The notes under the pieces: generated by a model
Told to the model about the DNA's origin: nothing
What the model saw: only the letters and a program-made list of their open reading frames with translations
Databases searched by the model: none
Source: Desulfocapsa sulfexigens DSM 10523
Lineage (GTDB): Bacteria > Desulfobacterota > Desulfobulbia > Desulfobulbales > Desulfocapsaceae
Direction of reading: 5' to 3'
Assembly (NCBI RefSeq): GCF_000341395.1
Contig: NC_020304.1
Span: forward strand, 1,170,001-1,202,000
Length of the DNA stretch: 32,000 bases
Shown here: one piece after another, positions 1 through 8,338 of the stretch
How the letters are laid out: each line of letters starts with the position of its first letter
Numbering within the stretch: position 1 is the first letter of the stretch
Program-made: the position numbers and the translations under genes

Positions 1-70
1 CTTACCGGATATCCCTCTCTTTAAGCCAAAAAAAGAAACACTCATTCTGCCTTTATCAACTGAGCTTGCG

Positions 71-1057
71 TTGATTGTTGAGATCACCTTTCTTGGTGTT
101 GCTGTCCTCCTCTTTCTCATGGGAAAATCATCTCCCTGGAAAGACCTTATTGACAATATCTCTATAAACTTCCTGGCTATTATTGTGGAAGCATTTCCTT
201 TTATGCTCATCGGTTCCCTTGCAGGGGGGATTATAGAAATGTTTGTATCGGTGACCTGGATAGAAAAGGTTTTCCGGCAGCGAAAAACAAGAGCCGTTTT
301 CCTGGCAGGTGGTTTGGGGCTATTTTTCCCAGTCTGTGAATGTGCCATTGTACCCGTTGTGAGAAGACTGCTTGGAAAAGGGATTCCTTTTGGAGCCGCT
401 ATTACCTTCCTGTTGGCAGGGCCTATCGTCAATGTCATTGTGGCTGCTTCCACTGCCATTGCATACAAGTATGATTGGCGCTTTGTTGTTGTCCGTCTGG
501 CAAGCGGCTACATTATCGCCGTCATTGTCGGCTTGCTGCTCGGTCTATTGTATAACCGGAAAAATGGACTGATTCCTGCCTGGGGGAAAACAGTTCCCTG
601 TGCCTGTGGTCATAATCATAATGATAAGGCTTTGCCCCTTTTACTTCGATTCCGCCATGCCATAGTACATGCCAGCGATGATTTTTTTGATGTGGGACGG
701 TACCTTGTCATTGGTGCATTTATTGCTGCTTTGATGCGCAGCACCGTTTCCATGGGAGCTTTTGCCGACCTGATGGCCTCACCGTGGCTGGCCATTATAT
801 TAATGATGGTAATGGCTGTTATCCTGAATCTCTGCAGTGAGGCAGATGCTTTTATCGCTGCCAGTTTCCGGGATCTTTTACCCGGCAGTGCTCAGATGGC
901 CTTTATGGTCATGGGGCCGATGCTCGATATTAAATTAATTTTGATGTACTTCAGTGTCTTTCGCAATCGAGTCATTTTGTCACTGATTCTTGTTGTTACG
1001 ACAACGGTATTGCTAGCCATGCTCGCCCTGGAGTACCTTCATATCGGTCTATCATAG
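71..1057 (+). CDS. Polytopic membrane permease, COG0701/PF03773-like (putative metal permease, partner of the downstream TIGR03943-type protein)
   Basis: The 328-aa ORF has many hydrophobic helices. It carries Cys/His motifs FPVCECAIVP, PCACGHNHND and NLCSEADAF, as I remember for this permease family. The gap to the next ORF is 10 nt. The frame is open back to base 2, so the true start (TTG 71, ATG 119 or outside the window) is uncertain. Confidence 0.75.
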   Translation: MIVEITFLGVAVLLFLMGKSSPWKDLIDNISINFLAIIVEAFPFMLIGSLAGGIIEMFVSVTWIEKVFRQRKTRAVFLAGGLGLFFPVCECAIVPVVRRLLGKGIPFGAAITFLLAGPIVNVIVAASTAIAYKYDWRFVVVRLASGYIIAVIVGLLLGLLYNRKNGLIPAWGKTVPCACGHNHNDKALPLLLRFRHAIVHASDDFFDVGRYLVIGAFIAALMRSTVSMGAFADLMASPWLAIILMMVMAVILNLCSEADAFIAASFRDLLPGSAQMAFMVMGPMLDIKLILMYFSVFRNRVILSLILVVTTTVLLAMLALEYLHIGLS

Positions 1058-1067
1058 GAGAAATATT

Positions 1068-1787
1068 ATGCCGATATTGCTCTATAGCAAACTCTGTCTT
1101 CTTGGAATCTGGGCCCTTTTTTTCTGCTGGCTTGTGACTCTGGGTCAGAAAAATCTTGCCATGCTTCTTCATCCAAGCCTCTGGTGGCTTGTGGCTAGTG
1201 GTACCGTTATTCTGATTCTTTTTTTATTGGTGACCATGAAAAGGCAAATTGCAGAAAGCCGACAAGGTTCACTTGCCATACAGTGGCCCTCCCTCCTTAT
1301 TCTGCTTCTTCCATTGTTATATTTCACTCAAGTTCAGTCTGCACGCTTCAATAGCAGCACGTTTACGTCAAGAATCCTGCAGACGGAAGATGGATTTTTT
1401 CAGGGAAGTTTTGATGAGCAAGTGGCTGCTGAAATAAGAGCGTATGAGAAGGCAAACAAGGAGGTAGGACTGACTGAACTCCTTATGCATGCAGAGAAGT
1501 ATACAGGGAAGGAAGTGGAAGTGGTTTGTCAGACCTTTGTTGATGGACGTTTACCTGATAATCTGGTGATGTGTTATCGGTACCTGATGACCTGCTGTGC
1601 AGCTGATGCCAGGCCGATCTTTATCTTCATTGATCCTCCTGAGGGAACAAATGTTGAAAATGATAAATGGGTTAAAGTTAAAGGCACAGTGACGACAGTA
1701 ACCGGAACCCCTGGGATGGAAGTACCCGCCGTTATACCTGACTCTATACTCTATGTAAAAGAACCGAAATACCCTTATGTCTTTTGA
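1068..1787 (+). CDS. TIGR03943/DUF1980-family membrane protein (second subunit of the two-component permease)
   Basis: ATG at 1068 is preceded by AGGAG (1056-1060). The N-terminus has hydrophobic helices. The C-terminal soluble domain carries the motif CYRYLMTCCAADARPIF. Pairing with a COG0701 permease is the architecture recalled for this family. Confidence 0.7.
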   Translation: MPILLYSKLCLLGIWALFFCWLVTLGQKNLAMLLHPSLWWLVASGTVILILFLLVTMKRQIAESRQGSLAIQWPSLLILLLPLLYFTQVQSARFNSSTFTSRILQTEDGFFQGSFDEQVAAEIRAYEKANKEVGLTELLMHAEKYTGKEVEVVCQTFVDGRLPDNLVMCYRYLMTCCAADARPIFIFIDPPEGTNVENDKWVKVKGTVTTVTGTPGMEVPAVIPDSILYVKEPKYPYVF

Positions 1788-1944
1788 TGACTTCAGTCAC
1801 GCCCATATGGAAAGAAACCTTTTCTGATTTAATCCTAGCGCCTAATGTATCTCAATTGCAGCTCGTTTTTACCTCTACAACCGTAAGCTAATTATTGCAA
1901 CGGTACGCAGCTAATAATAATTTTGCATAATGAGAGAAAATAAG

Positions 1945-1977
1945 TTGACCACTCCCTCTCGTGCAACTATGTTGCAC
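1945..1977 (+). promoter_or_regulatory. Candidate sigma70 promoter (TTGACC-17 nt-TATGTT) overlapped by inverted repeat GTGCAAC-TAT-GTTGCAC; possible Zur operator for znuABC-zur
   Basis: TTGACC lies at 1945-1950 and TATGTT at 1968-1973, with a 17-nt spacer. A perfect 7-3-7 inverted repeat at 1961-1977 covers the -10 element. It lies about 40 nt upstream of the znuA RBS/GTG, and a Fur-family regulator is encoded at the end of the same gene string. Confidence 0.45.
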
Positions 1978-2058
1978 ACAAATTTGTTTGTATTTGACTA
2001 TTAAAATGGAGGGTAATGTGAATTTTTTTTTACATCTTTAATCTTTGGTTATTTTAGC

Positions 2059-2913
2059 TTGTTTTTGTCAATTCAAGCCGTATTTGCTGCCAATAAACCT
2101 ACAGTTTTCGTCAGCATACTTCCTCAGAAATTCTTTGTGCAACAAATTAGCACGGATTATGTCGATGTTCAGGTTATGGTACAGCCGGGAGCCAGCCCCG
2201 CTACCTACGAGCCAAAATCATCCCAGATGAAGCAATTAGCGTCAGCCAGTGCCTACTTTGCCATTGGTGTTCAGTTCGAATATACCTGGCTTGAAAAAAT
2301 AGCCGAAGTCAATCCGGAGATGAAAATTGTTCACACCGACAAAGGGATCCATAAATTGACTATGGCCAAACATCACCACGATGAGGTGCATCACGGAGAA
2401 AAGCATGGTCACCACGACGATCATGGTGGGCTCGACCCGCACATCTGGCTTTCCCCCTCGCTTGTGAAAAAACAAGCGGCCATAATAACCGATGCTCTTT
2501 CAAAAATCCTTCCAGAAAAAGCTTCGCTCTTTCACAAAAACCTTGAGGTTTTTGTCAGGCAGATCGACGAACTCGATGATGATCTGCGTAGCACCTTTAA
2601 AACGAAGAAAGGCATGCAGTTTATGGTTTTCCATCCTTCATGGGGCTACTTTGCCAACGATTACGGTCTGAAACAAGTTGCAATTGAAACAGAAGGTAAG
2701 GATCCCAAACCTGCCCAGCTCCGTAAACTGATTGAATTCGCCAGAGAACATGATATCCACGTTGTTTTCGTTCAACCACAATTCTCCACGAAAAGCGCCA
2801 CAGTGGTGGCAAAGGAAATCAAGGGAGAAGTTATCCCCATTAACCCGCTGGCTGAGGATTGGTCAACCAATATGCGGGTTGTTGCCGACAAATTCAAGAG
2901 TGTCCTACAATAA
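2059..2913 (+). CDS. znuA: Zinc ABC transporter periplasmic substrate-binding protein ZnuA (as sequenced, lacks start and signal peptide because of a frameshift in a T9 run; see finding)
   Basis: The protein has the His-rich loop KHHHDEVHHGEKHGHHDDHGG followed by LDPHIWLSP, typical of cluster A-I ZnuA-type binding proteins. The ORF as called starts at TTG 2059, in the middle of a signal-peptide-like segment. GGAGGG plus GTG at 2018 sits in another frame just upstream. Confidence 0.85.
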   Translation: MFLSIQAVFAANKPTVFVSILPQKFFVQQISTDYVDVQVMVQPGASPATYEPKSSQMKQLASASAYFAIGVQFEYTWLEKIAEVNPEMKIVHTDKGIHKLTMAKHHHDEVHHGEKHGHHDDHGGLDPHIWLSPSLVKKQAAIITDALSKILPEKASLFHKNLEVFVRQIDELDDDLRSTFKTKKGMQFMVFHPSWGYFANDYGLKQVAIETEGKDPKPAQLRKLIEFAREHDIHVVFVQPQFSTKSATVVAKEIKGEVIPINPLAEDWSTNMRVVADKFKSVLQ

Positions 2914-2924
2914 TATCCAACCCC

Positions 2925-3704
2925 ATGACTACTCCCATCATTAAAATATCTGATATGTGCTATTCCTATGGCGGGCAGGATATTTTGCATGATATCAATC
3001 TCAGCCTGAATGAAGGAGATTTCGTTGCCATTATTGGCCCGAACGGCGGGGGAAAGACAACCCTGTTGAAATTGATCCTCGGAATACTGACACCAACCAG
3101 GGGCACGATTAGTATTAAAAACCAGGAGCCACGCTCCCACATAGCCTCTATCGGTTATGTGCCGCAACATGTGAACCATAACCTGAATTTTCCGGCAACG
3201 GCTCTGGATGTTGTTTTGATGGGAATGCATGAACCTGCTCGGAGATTTCAACGTGGTAATTCAAAACAAAAGCGCAAGGAAGCCCTGACAGTTATGGATA
3301 AACTCGGGATAGAGAATTGCGCTGGTCATAAAATCGCAGCTCTTTCCGGAGGGCAGAGACAGAGAGTCCTGATTGCCCGGGCGTTGATCTCACACCCTCA
3401 ATTGCTTGTACTGGATGAAGCCACAGCATCCATTGACACCAAGGGACAGAGTGACTTTTACAACCTTCTTAAGGAACTGAATAAGGAGTTAACCATCCTT
3501 ATGGTCAGTCATGATCTCATGATTGTTGCATCATACGCAAAATCATTTGCCTGTTTGAATCGCACCTTGCATTACCATCAATCATTTAATTCTCCCGGTG
3601 ATGTATTCAATGCCTTTCATTCCTGTTCGGTTGAGGAGATGTGTCCGGTCAGCGTCGTTGTACGGACTAACGAATTTAAGAGCCGACATGGGGAAAATAC
3701 ATGA
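2925..3704 (+). CDS. znuC: Zinc ABC transporter ATP-binding protein ZnuC
   Basis: Walker A GPNGGGKTT, signature LSGGQRQR and Walker B LLVLDEA are present. I chose ATG 2925 (MTTPIIKISD...) rather than the track start at 2859, which overlaps the znuA 3' end. The stop overlaps the znuB start (ATGA). Confidence 0.9.
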   Translation: MTTPIIKISDMCYSYGGQDILHDINLSLNEGDFVAIIGPNGGGKTTLLKLILGILTPTRGTISIKNQEPRSHIASIGYVPQHVNHNLNFPATALDVVLMGMHEPARRFQRGNSKQKRKEALTVMDKLGIENCAGHKIAALSGGQRQRVLIARALISHPQLLVLDEATASIDTKGQSDFYNLLKELNKELTILMVSHDLMIVASYAKSFACLNRTLHYHQSFNSPGDVFNAFHSCSVEEMCPVSVVVRTNEFKSRHGENT

Positions 3705-4546
3705 TAGATGCCTTCCAATTTGAATTTATGCGTAACGCACTGTTGGCTGGCCTTTTGGCCAGCGTTACCTGTGGGATTATCGGGACGCTGATTGTGGTAA
3801 ACAGGCTGGTGTTTTTATCAGGCGGCGTTGCCCATAGCGCCTATGGTGGTATCGGTCTGGCATTTTATTTTGGCTGGCCTTATATGATAGGAGCAACTTC
3901 TTTTGCCTTTGTTTCGGCAATGATAATGGCTGCAGTTACCCTTAAATCAAAACAGCGAGCTGATACCATAATAGGGGTGATGTGGGCTGTGGGAATGGCA
4001 ATCGGTATTTTATTGATTGATATGACCCCCGGCTACAATGTTGATCTGATGAGTTACCTGTTCGGAAGCATCCTGAGTGTCCCTCAAAGTGATCTTATTG
4101 CAATGGCAAGTCTTACAGCCGTGATTCTGGCTCTTGTCTGCTACTATTACAAAGACTTGCTTGTCATGTCATATGACGAAGAATTTGCCCGGGTACGTGG
4201 AATACCTGTCAGGGCTCTCTACTTTATGCTTATTGGAACAGTTGCCGTGACAGTGGTAATTGTGGTTCAGGTTGTCGGGCTTGTGCTTGTTATTGCTCTT
4301 TTGACAATTTCTCCCTATATTGCAGAAAAATATACGAGATCACTGCTGCAGATGATGATCGTTTCAAGTGTACTGGGGATGGTATTTATCTGCTCTGGTC
4401 TTTGGGCTTCCTATGTTTACGATCTAACTTCAGGGGCAGCTATCATTCTTGTCGCAGGGATTGGATTCTTCCTGTCGCTCCTGTTTGACAGAATCGTCTT
4501 GATGCAACGAAGAAAAATCTGGCTGAAAGCCCACGGATCCCGCTGA
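3701..4546 (+). CDS. znuB: Zinc ABC transporter permease ZnuB
   Basis: The 281-aa protein is very hydrophobic and resembles the ABC-3 family. It is translationally coupled to znuC through the ATGA overlap at 3701-3704. Confidence 0.88.
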   Translation: MIDAFQFEFMRNALLAGLLASVTCGIIGTLIVVNRLVFLSGGVAHSAYGGIGLAFYFGWPYMIGATSFAFVSAMIMAAVTLKSKQRADTIIGVMWAVGMAIGILLIDMTPGYNVDLMSYLFGSILSVPQSDLIAMASLTAVILALVCYYYKDLLVMSYDEEFARVRGIPVRALYFMLIGTVAVTVVIVVQVVGLVLVIALLTISPYIAEKYTRSLLQMMIVSSVLGMVFICSGLWASYVYDLTSGAAIILVAGIGFFLSLLFDRIVLMQRRKIWLKAHGSR

Positions 4547-4565
4547 AATTAAATGGAAACGATAC

Positions 4566-5000
4566 ATGTGTGAACAATGTGACTATGGGAACTTGCTGGA
4601 GTCTGCAGGGCTTGAAGCAACTGCAAACCGCCTGCTCATCATGGAGGTGATCGGGAGCAATAATTATCCGCTTACCGCCATGGAAGTTCTCAGCACCGTT
4701 GAACGAACCCGAGCAATCAACCGGGTGACCGTATACAGAATACTCGATCTCCTTGTTGAAAGGCATCTCCTTGAACGAATAAGTGCTGGTGGAAGAGCTA
4801 CTTATTTTGGCATAGCACCCAATGCGAATCACCCACAACATCCACATTTTTACTGCACAAACTGCGGCCTGATAAATTGTCTCAGCCCCGAAAGTTTGAC
4901 AGTACACTCCGAAAATTTCCAAAAGACCTTTCCCGGCAATATCAAGCGTATTGAAATACGGGTTGAAGGTATCTGTAACACCTGTTTGAAACAAAAATAA
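4566..5000 (+). CDS. zur: Fur-family transcriptional regulator, probably Zur
   Basis: The 144-aa protein has a winged-helix region (RVTVYRILDLLVERHLLERI), HPHFYCTNCG and a C-terminal CNTC (two CxxC motifs). It is the last gene of the znu string. An extra CEQC sits at the extreme N-terminus. Confidence 0.8.
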   Translation: MCEQCDYGNLLESAGLEATANRLLIMEVIGSNNYPLTAMEVLSTVERTRAINRVTVYRILDLLVERHLLERISAGGRATYFGIAPNANHPQHPHFYCTNCGLINCLSPESLTVHSENFQKTFPGNIKRIEIRVEGICNTCLKQK

Positions 5001-5016
5001 ACCTGATTATCACCAA

Positions 5017-5050
5017 TCCTCAGCCTACCCGTCTGAGGAGGAGTTTTTTC
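5017..5050 (+). terminator. Rho-independent terminator after zur
   Basis: Stem TCCTCAG (5017-5023) pairs with CTGAGGA (5033-5039) around a 9-nt loop. The stem is followed by GGAG and then TTTTTT (5044-5049). Confidence 0.7.
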
Positions 5051-5212
5051 GTGTTGATTATATGGGCATCTGCGGCCTGGACGGCCGCAGCAGAGCCCCC
5101 AGGGATGGGTTTATGGCGTCCCATACAATCGACACGGAACAACTCCGGGTTGCAAAGCTGAGTTTCGATGGTAATCAGGAAAATAAATCTATTTTAAAGA
5201 AGGCAGATTTTT

Positions 5213-5273
5213 CTTTTAGATCATCACCAGCAGTAATCGATGCCGTAAACCGGCCCATCGAAGCAGGGCCAAG
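5213..5273. repeat. Copy A of a 61-nt dispersed intergenic repeat (second copy at 16174-16234)
   Basis: An ungapped by-eye alignment to 16174-16234 gives 50/61 identical bases. Exact runs include CCGTAAACCGGC (12 nt), ATCATCACC and GGGCCAAG. The copy lies between convergent genes. Confidence 0.7.
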
Positions 5274-5340
5274 AAGGTGAGTCACAAAACAAATACTCTT
5301 TTAATAAGTGAAAAATAGCAAAAGGGGCTGTGGTCCTGAT

Positions 5341-8310
5341 TTAAAAGCACCAGACAATCCCACCAGACAACATCTGAGTAGTGGTTCCATCTGCAAAGGA
5401 GGATTCATAGTTCAGAAACAGAGTCAGACTCTTGTTATAGTCTGCTGACATCCCCAAGCTTACCAGCATGGCGTTATCGACGGGATCGGCACCTGTCACC
5501 CTAAAATTATTTACCTGATAATCAACGAAATTTGCATTCAACTCCATTGCATCATTTTTGAACCAGTGCACAAGGTCTAAGCCTGCAGTCGGATGAAAAT
5601 GCCAACCAGCACCACCATCGAAGAGACCTGAGAGACGCAAACCGAGTAGTCCTGAAAGGGTATCGGTAACTTTGCTCTGTATGTGAAATCCAAAATCATC
5701 GACACCTTGCTCCGTGAATCCATCCTGGTCAAGATACAGATAGTTAATTGAGGCGGTGGGGACGAGAAGTAGATTGCCAAAAGAGTAATTATACGTGCCG
5801 GAGAGTGTTGCATCCACCACATTTGAATCGAAATCGCCCACTGCCCTGCTGCTAAAGACAGGAGTATCAATAAAACGGGCAACACTGTTATCAAGATTGG
5901 TATAGCCTAAACCACCATCAAGAGAGAAGTCCTCAAATCGAGCACTGCTGTAAAGTTTGATGTGTTTGCCGGTTATCGAGCCACTCTCTTTCAGTTTATC
6001 CCAGGAAAGGTCACTGCTGCTGTAACCTAGCATCAATCCTGCCCGTACCATGGCGCCAAAAGTACGGTCCATGCCGAAGACAGTTCCTCCGGTATCAACT
6101 GTATATCCCGAGATCCAATTCTCTTCATCCTGGTCAAGCCGGCTACCGATAGCTCTTCCCCAGACACTCCACAGTTGTTTTTGGTCATCATCAACAGTGA
6201 CCGGAGTCCAATAGAACTCCTGTTGTCTTAAGGTCGCCATCCGATTAAAGGTTCCAGCGATGGAAAGCCCCGAGGGGGCAAAGGAAGTATATATCTCTGG
6301 ATTCAGACCGTTCAGGGTGGCACTGAGTTTGGCAGGGTCCATTGCAAAATCCATTGCCAGGAGCAGGTCTGTCATGCTCCCTTGGGCCGACGGCAGGATC
6401 TGATCGAGAGCCGAACCAACTGCCGCCTGATTAGGGCTGGCACCAAAGCTTGAATAGGGGGTGCGATCAACAACAAGGCTCAGAGAGCCACCTGTATAAA
6501 CCGGTTCAAGTGCAATGGTATATGATGTGAAATTAGAGCTGATTGAAGAGAACCTCCCATGGATTCCATCATCTGCGGCAAGGATATTCCATCGAGTTCC
6601 GTCAGGATAGAGGGCTCGCTCCAAAGAGGCGGTGATTTTCCCATGATCAATGGATACAGCTCCCCCCACCTTGAGCAGGTCGCTCCTTTCATTTGCCGCC
6701 AGTTCCACGTTAAAGATACTGCCCGGCATAAAGTCGACTGAGCCATTCACGGTTAAGGTACCGATGGAATTTCCAGGTGACACAATACCATAGGCTTTGA
6801 CGTCGCTGAAAATATTACCATTACCACCCAGCAAACCGTTTTTACCCACTATCAGGAGTGAGGTAAACAGACTGCCATTAACAGAGAGACTGCCGCGGTG
6901 GATAGTGGCTGTACCTCCAGAGAGATCCCAGGTACCGACAAGCGTGCTGTTACCGCCAAAGATCTCCAGGTTTTCGAAATTAAGATAGCGACTGCCGTCC
7001 ACCGTCCCCACGTTGTCGAAGGCAAGGGTATCCGTGCCAGCACCGCCGTCGGCCGTCCCGGTCAGGGTGCCACCATCAGCCAGAAAAAAAGTATCATCAC
7101 CTGCCTCCATCTCAACCGAGCCATTGAGGGTTCCGGCCAGGTTGATAGTGTCATTATAGTTACCGAGTGCGACAACACCTGTGGTAATCGATCCGCTATT
7201 AAGAGTGACCGTAATCGGCCCCCCAGCTGCAAGAATGGCATCATCGGAGGGAGATCCGGATAAGTTTCTGACCATTCCGTCAACGGTTATGGTAATAGCT
7301 TGCCCATACCCTGAGTAGGAATAGATGCCAGCGCCATCTCCCTGTACCAGGCTCGAAGATCCTACGGTTATGGTGGTAGGACCGCCGAGATTAATGGCAT
7401 ATATCCCGGCACCGCCAATACCGGTAACCGTTCCACTGGTGGTCACCGTCAAACTGTCGCCGGTAATATTAATGGCAGCTAGACCGTCATATCCACCTGT
7501 AACATTCGCCGCTGATATACTAAGATCGGTACCATAATTGATGGCATAAATTCCCATAATGCCACCCATAACCGTGCCACTCGTGGAAATCGAAAGGGCA
7601 CCACTTCCAGAGTTATCGGCATAGACACCGGCCACGCCACCGTACACATTCTTTGCTGATATGTTCAGGTCAGTACCTGCGTTATTCGCCTTTATTCCAT
7701 AAAGGGCAGCTCCTTCAACAGTACCACTCGATGTGATTGACAACGATCCACTACCGGTGTTAAGCGCTACGATGCCATGAAGACCACCCGTCACATCGGC
7801 CGTTGATATGTCCACGTCACTTCCACTATTGAATGCTACGATGCCATGAGTACCACCTGTCACATCGGCCGTTGATATGTTCAAGTCACTTCCGTAATTG
7901 CGTGCGAATATGCCATGAACACCACCTGTCACCGTGCCATTAATTGTGATCGACAGCACTTCACTGCTACTGTTATTTGCTAAAATACCGCTATAACTTC
8001 CAGTGATGGTCGACAAATTGGTGTCGGTAATGGTGAGACCGCCTACAGCCCTAAAATCTAAGGCATCGCCTCCATTTGTACTGGTGTCAATACCGAAACC
8101 AGCTGCCGTAGTCACCGTAAGGGGAGAAGCAATATCAATGGTCTGTTCCGTATCCATTGTTGAATTTGCAGGATCTGAGCAGAGGTACGTGCCAGCGGCC
8201 CCTGTACAGGTACCGGCAAAAGCACGATGGTAATAACCGGATAACATGCTGACCATGAGAGTGCTCGCTCTCAAGAGAGGAACAATGGCTTTTCGACAAG
8301 TAGGAATCAT
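5341..8310 (-). CDS. Autotransporter outer-membrane protein (repetitive beta-helix passenger plus C-terminal beta-barrel)
   Basis: The passenger is Gly/Thr/Ser/Asn-rich with 23-25-aa repeats (GGxHGIxAxNxGSDLxISxxxVT). The C-terminal roughly 280 aa has alternating beta-strand character and ends ...GGIVWCF (aromatic terminal residue). I chose the start at ATG 8310 (MIPTCRKAIVPLL..., signal-like), which removes the overlap with the upstream gene. Confidence 0.85.
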   Translation of the reverse strand: MIPTCRKAIVPLLRASTLMVSMLSGYYHRAFAGTCTGAAGTYLCSDPANSTMDTEQTIDIASPLTVTTAAGFGIDTSTNGGDALDFRAVGGLTITDTNLSTITGSYSGILANNSSSEVLSITINGTVTGGVHGIFARNYGSDLNISTADVTGGTHGIVAFNSGSDVDISTADVTGGLHGIVALNTGSGSLSITSSGTVEGAALYGIKANNAGTDLNISAKNVYGGVAGVYADNSGSGALSISTSGTVMGGIMGIYAINYGTDLSISAANVTGGYDGLAAINITGDSLTVTTSGTVTGIGGAGIYAINLGGPTTITVGSSSLVQGDGAGIYSYSGYGQAITITVDGMVRNLSGSPSDDAILAAGGPITVTLNSGSITTGVVALGNYNDTINLAGTLNGSVEMEAGDDTFFLADGGTLTGTADGGAGTDTLAFDNVGTVDGSRYLNFENLEIFGGNSTLVGTWDLSGGTATIHRGSLSVNGSLFTSLLIVGKNGLLGGNGNIFSDVKAYGIVSPGNSIGTLTVNGSVDFMPGSIFNVELAANERSDLLKVGGAVSIDHGKITASLERALYPDGTRWNILAADDGIHGRFSSISSNFTSYTIALEPVYTGGSLSLVVDRTPYSSFGASPNQAAVGSALDQILPSAQGSMTDLLLAMDFAMDPAKLSATLNGLNPEIYTSFAPSGLSIAGTFNRMATLRQQEFYWTPVTVDDDQKQLWSVWGRAIGSRLDQDEENWISGYTVDTGGTVFGMDRTFGAMVRAGLMLGYSSSDLSWDKLKESGSITGKHIKLYSSARFEDFSLDGGLGYTNLDNSVARFIDTPVFSSRAVGDFDSNVVDATLSGTYNYSFGNLLLVPTASINYLYLDQDGFTEQGVDDFGFHIQSKVTDTLSGLLGLRLSGLFDGGAGWHFHPTAGLDLVHWFKNDAMELNANFVDYQVNNFRVTGADPVDNAMLVSLGMSADYNKSLTLFLNYESSFADGTTTQMLSGGIVWCF
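7783..7920. repeat. Two near-identical 69-bp tandem units inside the autotransporter passenger region
   Basis: Units starting near 7783 and near 7852 share ACCACC(C/T)GTCACATCGGCCGTTGATATGT(C/T)CA(C/A)GTCACTTCC... Together they encode consecutive GG(T/L)HGIVA(F/L)N.GS...ISTADVT repeats. Confidence 0.8.
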
Positions 8311-8338
8311 GGTATTTTTTCTGTCGTTTAAGGGGATG

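Noticed and set aside
4443-4994. 183-aa minus-strand ORF
   Set aside because: It is fully antisense to the Fur-family gene, whose translation has clear family motifs. The antisense product has no recognisable features.
5062-5280. 72-aa + strand ORF in the zur/autotransporter gap
   Set aside because: It begins inside a GC hairpin directly after a terminator and has no RBS. Its 3' part is the dispersed 61-nt repeat, whose second copy carries no ORF. It is treated as noncoding.
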